NCBI GenBank assembly: GCA_002104905.1
Contig: MCFE01000479.1
Location: 1 to 64,000 of the forward strand
Direction of reading: 5' to 3'
Length of the DNA: 64,000 bases
Source: Basidiobolus meristosporus CBS 931.73
Lineage: Eukaryota; Fungi; Basidiobolomycota
Below are positions 1-10,798 of this stretch, piece after piece. A program made the position numbers and the translations under genes. The stretch's first letter is position 1; each line of letters begins with the position of its first letter. The notes below the pieces were generated by a model. That model had not been told where the DNA came from. It did not search any database and saw only the letters and a program-made list of their open reading frames with translations.

Positions 1-250
1 TCATGTATCATGGGTACTGGCACAGGTACCTGCCTAATATAGAAGCACTTACTGCTAGTAATCTTACATAAAGTGAGGGATAACTTATCAAATGTGGTAA
101 GCAGGTGTGATAGTCAACCAGCTTATGGGATAGTACTGATCAGGTAAGATAAATGGGATAAAACTAAAATAAGTGTAGTAGAGAAATAGGGAATTAGGAA
201 ATGTGGGAATGAGCACATCTGTCAGTGGGTGTCACTATGACCCCACTTCA
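1..250 (-). repeat. Fragment of the same solo LTR as 3848-4918, inside copy A
   Basis: 1-250 is the reverse complement of about 3848-4097. It ends ...CCCCACTTCA followed by CCGC (251-254), the same LTR end and target-site tetramer as in copy B. Confidence 0.85.
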
Positions 251-254
251 CCGC

Positions 255-1101
255 TGCTGTATTCATTCTCTACTCTATCTTGCATTGTGTGTGGAGAATA
301 TTGGGCCTTGCGTCACCTTTTGGGAGTTTCCTATGGAACAGATGTGTTGGGAGATAGGAATACAAGTCAAGTTGCAGGCACTACCATATCCCAATCTCAT
401 CACAAATATTACCTTTAAGTCTGTCATGGATGTGATGAGTTCGCACATGGAGGATAGCCAGGAAGAGTTGTAAAATACTGAGGACAAAAGCGCATACGGA
501 GACACCTATGCCCATGGAATTAAGAAGCTAAGCAGCCCCAATGCATGGGTAATTGGTTAAGTAATGCAAAGTTGGGTTGGGTGCAACAAGCAACCAATTT
601 CTATTAGGAAAACTCTACCAAGGTATGCTGGATTTCTCTTGGTCATCAGCCAACTTCTACACCATTCAATACAGAATTCACACAGACAAGAGCCAGAGTG
701 CACTTATAAGGGGGACTAAAATCCAGCAGGGAGCAGGAATATATTGGCTAAATACCAAAAAGTTCTTTGCAGATAATCAGGAGGTGTTCATGACAGAAGT
801 GGCAACAACCAACCATATGCTTGCAAGATGTATATATTACCAGCAGTACAAGGTATATGGTAACTTTGCAAGTATCACACTAAAAAGCTGTAAAGTTGAG
901 GTGATGGAAGTATGTCATTTACAGCAGGTGTGCATGTTTTTAGAGGTTAGTAAGCAGGAGGCCATAGTTTCTTTTATTCAAACTACATGTAGAATACCCA
1001 ATGTAGTAGTGGGTAAGCAAACAATGAGGGGTGATTCTGCAGTGGAAAATATGAACTGCACAAGGGGAGGTAGAAAAAGGAAATACCATTTGGTAAATTA
1101 G
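255..1101 (+). pseudogene. 3' remnant of CACTA-type transposase in copy A
   Basis: Translations include HSLLYLALCVENIGPCVTFWEFPMEQMCWEI (DUF4218-like) and the 577-1101 ORF. These match copy B at about 2105-2955. Reading frames are broken. Confidence 0.8.
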
Positions 1102-1493
1102 TATGGTTGCATTGTACAGAACCAGCTGTAGGCCACCATACTGCCAACGTAATGTCATCAGAGTCTTGCTGTGAGGCTGTTGAAATACTGTCAAGTTTCT
1201 TGCCATATAATGCAGTTAGATGTCTTGGCTGGTTGGATCCATTTAAAATAGTGCTGAGCACAATAAGTCCGCAACAATACCATGCAATTATTGTCACAGC
1301 ACCAATCAAATCTTGTCAAGTTTTATCACTCTATTTGGTAGTAAAATTAGCAAAATGCCATTGTGATCCCATCATAAGATTGCTGAGAGGGTCACTAATT
1401 CCAGGCTGCTGGTATTATGATGGTCTCTAAACAGGATCTTGACGGATGATCCAGATCAGATCCACCTGTGGGACCAGATTATTATTCATAGGG

Positions 1494-1712
1494 AAAACAA
1501 GTGGCAAAGAAATGCCAGTTTGCCAGGAGGGTGCAGGTAAAGGACAAGCAAGCAAAAACAATTGCATCAGTGCAGTATTTATTAAGGAGAAAATGGAGTA
1601 CAGTTCATGAAGCACTCAGTTGAAGTAGCAGTGAAAGACTTAGCAGTGATCAAGGTAAAGGTAGAGAGAAAAATGTCTACTCAAGGCAGATATGCTGAAA
1701 CTTGAGCAGAAA
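1494..1712 (+). mobile_element. Internal ORF2 fragment of host copy C, trapped between the termini of copies A and B
   Basis: Homologous to about 12005-12225 of copy B (e.g. GAAGCACTCAG...AGTAGCAGTGAAAGAC...GCAGTGAT...AAAAATGTCTAC). It continues colinearly at 13195. Confidence 0.8.
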
Positions 1713-2104
1713 CCCTATGAAAATAATTTGGTCCCACAGGTGGATCCAATCTGGATCATCCGTCAAGATCCTGTTTAGAGACCGTCATAATAACAGCAGC
1801 TTGGAATTAGTGACCCTACTGACAATCTTATAACAAGATCATGACGGTGTTTTGCAAATTTTACAGCCAAATAAAGGGATAAAACTTGACAATTTTTGAT
1901 TGGTACTGTGACAATATTTGCATAGTATTGTTGCGGTCTTTCAGCACTTTTTTACTATTTTAAGTGGATCCAGTTGGCCAGGACTTCCAATTGCCTTATA
2001 TGGTAAGAAACTTGATGGTATTTTGGTGGCCTCAGAGCAACACTCTGATATCTTTTTCTTGGCAGTATGACAGCCTACCGCTGGTTCTGTATAATGCTAC
2101 CATA

Positions 2105-5100
2105 CTAATTTACCAAATGGTATTTCCTTTTTCTACCTCCCCTTGTGCAATTCATATATTCCACTGTAGAATCACCTTTCTTTATTTGCTTACCCACTAC
2201 TACCCTGGGTATATCACATGTAGCCGGAATCAAAAAAAAACTATGGCCTCCTGCTTACTAACCTCTACAAACATGCACACCTGCTGCAATTGACATACTT
2301 CTATCACCTCAATGTTTCAGCTTTTTAGTGTGATACTTGCAAAGTTGTCATATACCTTGTATTGCTGGTAGCATATATATCTTGCAAACATATGCTTGGC
2401 TGTTGCCACTTCTGCCATGAATACCTCCTGAATGTTGGCAAAGAACTTCTTGGTAATTAGCCAATATATTCCTTCTCCCTGCTGGATTCTAGTCCCCCTT
2501 ATAGGTGCGCTCTGGCATTTGTTTGTGTGAGTTCCATATTGAATGATGTAGAAGTTGGCTTGTGACCACAAGAAATCTGGCATATCTTGGTGCAGTTTTC
2601 CTGATAAGAATTAGTTGCTTGTTGCACCCAACCCAACTTTGCATTACTTAACTGATTACCCACGCATTGGGGCTGCTTAGCTTCTTAATGCCATAGGCAT
2701 AGGTGTCTCCATGTGCACATTTGTCCTCAGTATTTTCCGACTCTTTCTGGCTGTCCTTCATGTGTCAACCCATCACATCCATGAAGGACTTGAAGGTAAT
2801 ATTTTTGATGAGATTGGGATATGGTAGTACCTGCAACTTGACTTGTATTCCTATCTCCCAACACATCTGTTCCATAGGAAACTCCCAAAAGGTGAAGCAA
2901 GGCCCAATATTCACCACACACAATGCAAGATGGAGTAGAGAATATATACAGTAGCAGCAGAGATCTACGCATTCAGCTTCATGTTTGTAGTATAGCCACT
3001 CAAATCCCGTCACAAACTTCTCACACAACAGCTGTAGATGTGTCAAGTTGGCATTGGTGATCTGCTTCTGGATAAATATTCCTACAATGTCCACATATTA
3101 CTCCCAATGCTTCCAATGTACTCTTGGTAGGAATGGCCTTAGAATACCACTTGAATAAATACATATCCAGCTCATCCAGTCTTTGCATTTGTATTGTTGC
3201 ATATGAGTATGAATATTAATTGGAGCATGTGAGAAGTACTTAGGGTAGCTGATACTCTGTAATGTTTTGCCAATTTTTTCAAATTTCTCCGGTATCTCAA
3301 AGTGCTCATTTAGCTTGAAATGCCCCTTGTTCAACTTGGTCATCAGTATAGGGATATTGTTGAAAAGCAAATGCATTGCTCCCAGTGAAAAGCTTTTGCT
3401 CCTACAGATACCCTCTATCTTAAGTATCTCCAGTTTCTGTTTGATTCCATATTCTGGCCAATGGCGTATAGCTTGCCAACTTTGCTGCAATTGCATGCTT
3501 ACTTCTGTACATTTTCTCAGTGGAAAGATGATGTTCTCAGTGCTAGTGTTTGGGTAATAATAATGTGTGTGAGTTATGGAATAAATCCCCTGGATCTCAC
3601 ACATTTGACAGCAATACCGTCCATTGTGCCCAGAAAAACCTGCTATCTTGCTGATGGCTGGGGTATCTCCAGTGCAGATAATAATATGCACTTTTACATG
3701 ATGGCCATTTACCATTATCCCGCTGGAAAGCATACAAAATTCATTCAGCAATGGACACAGGTAGCTATTCAATTTGGACAGTGATTTAGGCCCAGATACT
3801 AGTGAGACTACCATCAGATTGTTTCTCTGATACCGTAAGATGGGCGGTGCAGTGGGGTGACAGTGACACCCACTGACACATGTGCTCATTTCCTTATTTT
3901 CTACTTCCCTATATCTCTACTACACTTATTTTAGTTTTATCCCATTAGTCTTACCCAATCAGTACTATCCCATAAGCCGGTTGACTATCACACCTGCTTA
4001 CCTTATTGCATAAGTTACCCCTCACTTTATGTAAGATTACTAGCTATAAGTACGTCTATATTAGGCAAGTACCCGCGCCAGTACCCATGACACATGATCA
4101 GCCCGTGTCACCATCCCTACCATTTCCATACCATATATGGTATCCCCATGTTACACAGGTTTCAGAATACTGATTCCTGATTGGTTGGATGTGCTGTGCC
4201 TCTTAGAACCTTCCGGCACCTACTTAGAACATTTGTAGGTCATTCTGATGTCATTAAGATTCCTATTGATATCCAGAACCTTCTGGAACACCATGATTAG
4301 TAATCACTTAGCCAGAGAGAAAAGTATATAAGGGAGGCTATCCCTCTACAATAAATCATCATCCCTTTTATCAATATACCGACTTGTTGATTAGTGTGAT
4401 CACTGCTACCTGCTGCTACCTGAACTTCCAACCCTAGACCACAGGACACTCCCAGGAAACCGCGCTGATAGCCAACTGACCTTGGAGGCACTACTTGTGA
4501 GGAATACTCAGAGTAGGTATCTTTTATTATATTTGATTCTTTCCCAAGTTTGTTCTTGTACAGGCAAAGATACTTTTCTGTCTTTGTAAGTATTGACCAA
4601 AGCTGCATTCTTATCAAGTCCCTGCTGGTGGAGTTTACAGTTGTTTTGACTTTGGAAGCTTTAGTACATTGTCATCTCAAAGGACGCTGAACCCAGCACA
4701 TACTTTTGTTAAGACGCCAACTAAGTTGGGGATTGTAGCTCAATAGTTTTCCCTTGACAAGCTTGTGGCTTTATTCCCCTTCACATTAGATTAGAGACAG
4801 AACGCAAGTATTCCTAGCAAGCTTTTGCCAGAGGTTATCGCACCCAGTGAACACCCCACACACAAAACACTTGAGAAGTGTTGGACGTATCTCTCCCTTG
4901 GACTTATACACCACCACAGCGGCAGATTCAGATTGATGAAAATCAGTGGCCAGCAGGATTTGCTGGTAGAGTACTTGTTTAATGAGAATCCATCAAGTGC
5001 TAAAGCAAAGGCATAGTCATACATACCTTCAAAGTAGCCCTTGCTTCTTAGTTTTTTGTAATGTTTGCCATTGAATATATCAGATATGTTTGCGCTTGAT

Positions 5101-5797
5101 TGATACTGAGTGTGGTACTGTATAGCTTTGCAATATTTGTCAGACTGCATCAGCTTCCTCAGACAGGGTATGACTGGAATATATCTGGAGTGTGAACAAT
5201 GTTTTCCCTCAAAGGTGGTGGATTCCTGACAATTTGGACATGTTGCAAAGGTAGCATTTTTGGATGTGAATGCCATGCTACTGTTAACACATTCTGGTAT
5301 CACGACAGTCTCTGGATCATATGTTGCCAGCTGTATGATGGTTGTCCACTTGTACCATGTACATGGTAAGTTGCATCCTGGTATGATTTTGGCAAGAAGT
5401 AGTAATAAATCCTCAAAGCCCCCATTACTGATATTAGTGGAAACACGCCACTTCTCTAACCACAACATTACATCATTCACCAGCAGATGGATTACTGGGC
5501 TCACTTGGCTCCATAAAGTATCCTTTGTGTTTGTTTCAACAGGTGTTGTCTCTTGCATATAGGGATTTGACCAGGTTCATACATGGTACTGTTGTTAGGG
5601 GAGATAGGCTCAAAATCCATCTGTGAACCTTCTTTGTCAGAGCTAATACTCTGCGTGCCATATTCAGAAGGCTGAGATGAGCCTAAAGGCATCACAAACT
5701 CACCTGACTCAGTTTGCGCAAGGTGACAAAGACAGCCAGGTGCCAATATAGAAGTATCAACTGGCCGGCAAGATAATGTTGGTACAGTAGTGACCAA
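2105..5797 (-). pseudogene. Transposase_21 (Tnp2)/DUF4218-type CACTA transposase, interrupted by a solo LTR and frameshifts
   Basis: Motifs SDIFNGKHY, LALDGF, SCWPLIFINLNLP|PILRYQRNNLMVVSLVSGP, CTGDTPAISKIAGFSGHNGRYCCQMC and HLA..IGP..FWEFPME. The reading frame rejoins exactly across the 3848-4918 insertion. Start position is approximate. Confidence 0.9.
3848..4918 (+). mobile_element. Solo LTR, 1071 bp (TG...CA), probably Ty3/Gypsy type
   Basis: Begins TGCAGTGGGG and ends CCACCACA. It is flanked by a 4-bp duplication GCGG (3844-3847, 4919-4922). TATATAA at 4325 and AATAAA at 4350 are on the + strand. No coding capacity. The superfamily is inferred only from length and the 4-bp duplication. 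Confidence 0.82.
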
Positions 5798-5913
5798 TGA
5801 ATGGTCAAATATGACTTGGGTGGCAAAACACTGGCCGTTATCCTTGTAATACTTCCTATGCTGTCTGCTGCTTCATGGCTGAGAGGCTTGCCACAATAGC
5901 CACATGGTCTTTT

Positions 5914-6262
5914 TGTTGTAAGAGTCTTGGAGATATTGGAAGTGATTTGGAGAACAAGTAGATTATGTGGTTTTCACTTAATGATTTATTGAATGTAAAA
6001 GTAGTATTTATACTTTTACCTGGTCTTGGCATTACAAACACGTAGAATAGGTTAAGGAAGGTCCCAAGAACATGTGTGCAAAGTTTGGGGCTGTTTGGAC
6101 AACTTTGAGAATTTTCATGTTCTGGGTACCTGGTATTTTGGTGAAAATATTCTAAGTAAATCCCAACAAGGAATTTGGTCAGTATTTTCTAGGATTTGAA
6201 GGTAATGATCTAAGTGACTAAGTTAGGTGAATATTTAGGTGGAAATACAAATTTTTACAACA
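5914..6262 (-). repeat. Copia 3' LTR
   Basis: Direct repeat of 10250-10598 with 11 mismatches in 349 bp by manual count. The PPT GAGTGGGAG (minus strand) is adjacent at 6263-6271. Confidence 0.95.
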
Positions 6263-6273
6263 CTCCCACTCAG

Positions 6274-9200
6274 CTAAATGTTCATACTGACTAGTCCTAA
6301 TTTTGACCTAAGATATTCAAACTTGTCTCTAGCTAATGGTTTGGTAAATATGTCTGCAATCATTTCATCTGTAGGACAGTAAACTAAGCTAACTAAGTTA
6401 TTCTCTATAGCTTCACGTATGAAATGATGTCTAATATCTATGTGCTTGGTTCTAGCATGAAAAGTTAGATTTCTACCTAATTGTATACATCCTTTATTAT
6501 CTTGAAATAAAGTAATAGGCGTTTTTTGACATAGGCCTAAATCTGTTAAGAGTTTTCTTAACCACATTGCTTCTTTTTTAGCTTCACAGGCTGCCATATA
6601 CTCTGCCTCTGTAGTAGAAAGTGCTACGGTTGGTTGCTTTCTTGAATTCCATGAAATTGCTCCTTTACAGTAAAGAAAGGTGTATCCTGTGGTGGATCTT
6701 CTGTCTTCTAAATTTCGTCCCCAATCAGCATCAGAGTATCCCACAAGATCCTGTTCTGAATCCTTATAAGTGTATCTTAAGCAGATATCAGCAGTTCCTT
6801 TTAGGTATCTAAAAATCCGCTCAACTGCTGCAATATGATCAGATCCATAATTCTGATTATGTTGGCTGACAACTCCCACTGAATATGAGATATCTGGACG
6901 TGTTCCAAGCATGATATACATCAGACTGCCGACCATAGATTGATAAGGAAAGTCAGGGCTTTCAGATGGCACCAAGCTCTCTTGATTTGGTTGAGTTTTG
7001 ACCAAGTTAAGGTTTGTCTCCATTGGGGTAGCTGCCGGTTTACAGTCTTCCATTTTGTACTTCTTTAGTATATCTTGAATATACTTGGATTGGCTTAGGG
7101 TAATAGTCTGGGTACTTCTGTCTATGGAGAACTTAATCCCTAAGTAGTAACTGAGTTCTCCTAGATCGGACATCTTGAACTCCTTAGATAGGCTGGATTT
7201 AGTCTCTTCCAATGTTTCTAGGTTATTGGTGGCTATAATAAGATCATTTACATATAGAGCTAATAGAACTGGATTTGCTCTATCTGGCTTATAGTATATA
7301 CTATAGTCAGCATTACTCCTTTTGAAACTCAAAGATTCCAAATAAGAATCTATCTTGCAATTCCAGGCTCTCGGCGATTGTTTGAGACCATATAGTGACT
7401 TTTTAAGCTTGCAGACCAAATGGGGGTTATCTTGGTCAACAAACCCATCTAGCTGGTCCATATACACGTCCTCATCAAGTTCTCCATTCAAAAATGCAGT
7501 TTTTACATCCATTTGATGAATAAAAAACTTATATTTGGCTGCAATAGCCAATATTAATCTGATGGAATTAAACTTGGCTACCGGTGCAAAGGTCTCAGTA
7601 TAGTCAAGTCCTTTTGTTTGAGAATATCCTTTGGCTACAAGTCTTGCTTTGTATCTTTCAATTGTACCATCAGCCTTGTACTTTGTCTTGAAGACCCATC
7701 TGCATCCAATTGATTTTCGGTTGATTGGTAATTTGACTAAGTCCCAAGTTTGATTTTCCATCAGGGCCTGATATTCCTCAGTCATTGCAGATCTCCAAAA
7801 CTTTGTCTGAGGGCTATTTAGGGCCTCTTTTACAGTCTGGGGTTCATCAATATGGACTGAATAGGCATAGGCTAAGTTTGTACCCTCATTAATATAGTAA
7901 TTTGGGCTATTTCTTGTCCGATTTGATCTCCGGGCATTTGATACTGGAATGATCACTTCTGGGATATTCCTGGGCACTGATTCTGGCTGAACCACGGTTG
8001 TAGAGTCCTCTGGAGTGAAAAAATTTTCATTGTTTTGCTCTGATTCAATCCTGACAATTGGTGGACTTGAGATCAAATTTTTGTCATCATCTGATGTCAT
8101 TTTTTGTGAAAATTTTGAATTTTCATCAAACAACACATCCCTGGACTTGATAAGCTTCTTTGCTTTGGTATTTTAGAGTCTGTATGCCTTACTCTCATTG
8201 CAGTAGCCCAAAAATATGCATTTTACACTTCTTGGCTCAAATTTTGACTGATTTCCGGACAGTTTTTTGGCATATGCTGTACACCCAAATATTCTTAGAT
8301 GTTCTGCACTTGGTCTGTATCCATACCATGCTTCAAATGGAGTAGAATCACAAAGTATTCTGTTATAACTCCTATTTTTAAGGTATACAGCAGTAGCAAC
8401 TGATTCCGCCCAAAAATCATAGGATAATTTTTGATCATGGATCATAGATCTTGCCATATCAATTATTGATCTGTTAGCTCGTTCTGCTACTCCATTTTGC
8501 TGTGGGGAGTATGGTACAGTAGTCTCTTGCTTTATCCCATGAATTTTGCAGAAGTGGATGAAGAGTTTTGAGGTATATTCTCCACCATTGTCAGAGCGTA
8601 TTTTCTTGATTTTTTCACCAGTTTCTCTCTCCACCATGGCTTTAAACTCCCTGAACTTAGACAGAGCTTCTTCCTTTCTCTCCATGAAGTAGACCCATGT
8701 GCATCTTGTATAATCATTAATAAAAGTAATTAAATACTTCATCCCGCCTAAGGATAAATTTTGCATAGGTCCACACAGATCTGAGTGAATTAGATCTAAT
8801 TTTTTCTTAGTTTTGATTAACCCAGAGCTCTTGAACGGCTGTCTGGCTTGTTTCCCATATATGCAGGCTTCACAGTGCTCCAAATTAGCTGGGGGATCAA
8901 TTTTCACTCCAGAAATTAGCTGATCTTTGATCATTCTACGCAAATAATCAAAATTGATGTGTCCAAATTTCCTGTGCCAAAGCGTTGGTGTTTCTTCATT
9001 TAAGTTACTTATATTGGCTTCCAGATATGATGGAATATAAGTCAACTTGTATAGATTCTGATCTCTGATGCCCGAAGCAATATGAGCACCATTTTGATCA
9101 GTGATCCTGCATCCAGAATTGTCAAAACTGAAACTGAGTCCTTCTGCTGTGGCCTTGCTTACAGAGAGTAGGTTCTTGACTATTTCTGGTACATAGAGTA

Positions 9201-10245
9201 CTTCTTTAAAGGTCAATGTATGGCTTCCTTCACTGCTTCTAAGGTTTACTTGGATAGTTCCTTCTCCCACTGCATCAAGTGTTCTATTGTCACCCATGAA
9301 AACCTTCTTAATTGGAATTTCTTGATATTGGGTAAAAAGTTCTTTTTGGTGTGTAAAGTGTTGAGAAGCTCCAGAGTCAATATACCACGTCTGAGAATCC
9401 TTGTTTGTGGTCATATTTAGTGCAGATATGAATAGTCTATCTTCAGTTGTTGCAGCATTTCCATATTCAGGCTTCTTTTGCTGATAATCTCTCTTTTTGA
9501 AACACCGGTCTGATGTGTGTCCTTTCCTTATGCGGTAGTTGCAAAATAGGTTGCTGTTGCCTTTGTAGGGTCTTGGGTACCTCCTTTGTTGGTTATCATT
9601 GCTTATTAAAGCATTTTCTTCTTCCTTCTTATTGGTGCTTGATTTTCTTAATTCTTCATCCAGGAGCCTTCCATATACGTAATTTAAGGTCAAATCTTCA
9701 GTTCTGGACTCTAGGGCTGATACAAGGCCCTGAAACTCGTCTGTCAGGCTATTCAGGATGGTAACTATCACATCCTCATCAGTAGTTGGTACGCCCACAG
9801 ATTCCATCTCATCTACCAGCAGGGTAATTCTGTTAATTAGATTTTTCATTTCTTCTCCTGGCAGCATCTTTGTAGTAAGGAATTTTCTTCTCAGATACAT
9901 TTTCTTGGCAGCTGAACATGACTGGTAGGTGTCTTCTAATGCTTTCCAGGCATTCTTTGCCGTTTTTGCTCTTGAGCATTGAATTAGCAATTTGTCCTTG
10001 ACATTAAGGCAAATGCAGTTAAAGGCACTTTGTTCTTTCTTCTGGTACTTTAAGGCTTCCTCTCCCACGTTTTTAGGAGGGCATTCTTCTCCCATGACAA
10101 TATCCCAAAGGCCTCTTTCTTGTAGCAGCATCTTCATCTTCACCTTCCACACTTGGTAGTTAGATCCATCCAACTTTTCAGCAGAGGGAAAAATTCCAGT
10201 AATAGCAGAAGTAGACATTGCAGAGAGTGACAGCTTGGGGCTCAT
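6274..10245 (-). pseudogene. Copia gag-pol polyprotein (gag, Zn knuckle, protease, integrase, RT, RNase H) with one in-frame stop
   Basis: Motifs WYIDSGASQH (PR), WHRKFGH..CEAC (IN Zn), HSDLCGP/RSDNGGEY/NGVAER (DDE), YKARLVAKGY, QMDVKTAFLNG, KSLYGLKQSP (RT) and YSDADW (RH). ORFs 8173-10377 and 6274-8136 are in frame, separated by one TAA (YRL*NTKAKKLIKSRDVLF). RT YVDD has become YVND, and the knuckle reads CNYR rather than CxxC. Confidence 0.95.
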
Positions 10246-10249
10246 AACC
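10237..10249 (-). promoter_or_regulatory. Primer-binding site GGTTATGAGCCCC (internal/half tRNA-iMet type)
   Basis: Immediately follows the 5' LTR on the minus strand. It resembles the GGTTATG(A/G)GCCC PBS of copia/Ty5-type elements and contains an ATG in frame with gag. Confidence 0.8.
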
Positions 10250-10598
10250 TGTTGTAAGAGTCTTGGAGATATTGGAAGTGATTGGGAGAACAAGCTGATT
10301 ATGTGGTTTTCACTTAATGATTTATTGAATTTAAAAGTAGTATTTATACTTTTACCAAGTCTTGGCATAACAAACACGTAGAATAGGTTAAGGAAGGTCC
10401 CAAGAACATGTGCGCAAAGTTTGGGGCTGTTTGGACAACTTTGAGAATTTGCATGTTCTGGGTACCTGGTATTTTGGTGAAAATATTCTAAGTAAATCCC
10501 GACAAGGAATTTGGTCAGTATTTTCTAGGATTTGAAGGTAATGATCTAAGTGACTAAGTTAGGTGAATATTTAGGTGGAAATACGAATTTTTACAACA
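10250..10598 (-). repeat. Copia 5' LTR
   Basis: Direct repeat of 5914-6262. AATAAA and TATAAA occur on the minus strand. Confidence 0.95.
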
Positions 10599-10798
10599 CT
10601 TTTTTCTCTTCTCTTATGGCATTGAGTCAAGGTAGTCTTGTACATTGGGCAAACAGTTTGACCTTCAACAACATAACGCTATTATATCACTTTTTGGTCA
10701 ATACTCAGGTGAACTTAAGACAGTCATGTATTTGAGACATTGCACCTACATGAATATGTAACACTATTTCCCATTTGGTTTGACTCACCTCCATATAT

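Larger units (their letters stand above)
1..1493 (+). mobile_element. CACTA/EnSpm-like DNA transposon, copy A (truncated by window edge, inverted relative to copy B, internally deleted)
   Basis: Reverse complement aligns with 1713-4097 apart from a deletion of about 0.89 kb. It ends in ...TTATTCATAGGG at 1493, the reverse complement of the CCCTATGAA terminus at 1713. Strand given is that of its transposase remnant. Confidence 0.85.
5914..10598 (-). mobile_element. Full-length Ty1/Copia LTR retrotransposon (4685 bp), decayed
   Basis: Two 349-bp LTRs (TGTTGTAA...TTACAACA) and a 5-bp duplication CTTTT (5909-5913, 10599-10603). Has a PBS, a PPT and gag-PR-IN-RT-RH domain order. Confidence 0.97.

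Noticed and set aside
4297-4617. 106-aa ORF
   Set aside because: Lies inside the solo LTR, starts at a non-ATG codon and has no recognisable motif.
5856-6041. ORF MFVMPRPGKS... and the similar first 44 codons of ORF 8173-10377
   Set aside because: Both are read-through of LTR sequence. The likely gag start is at 10245 or just downstream.
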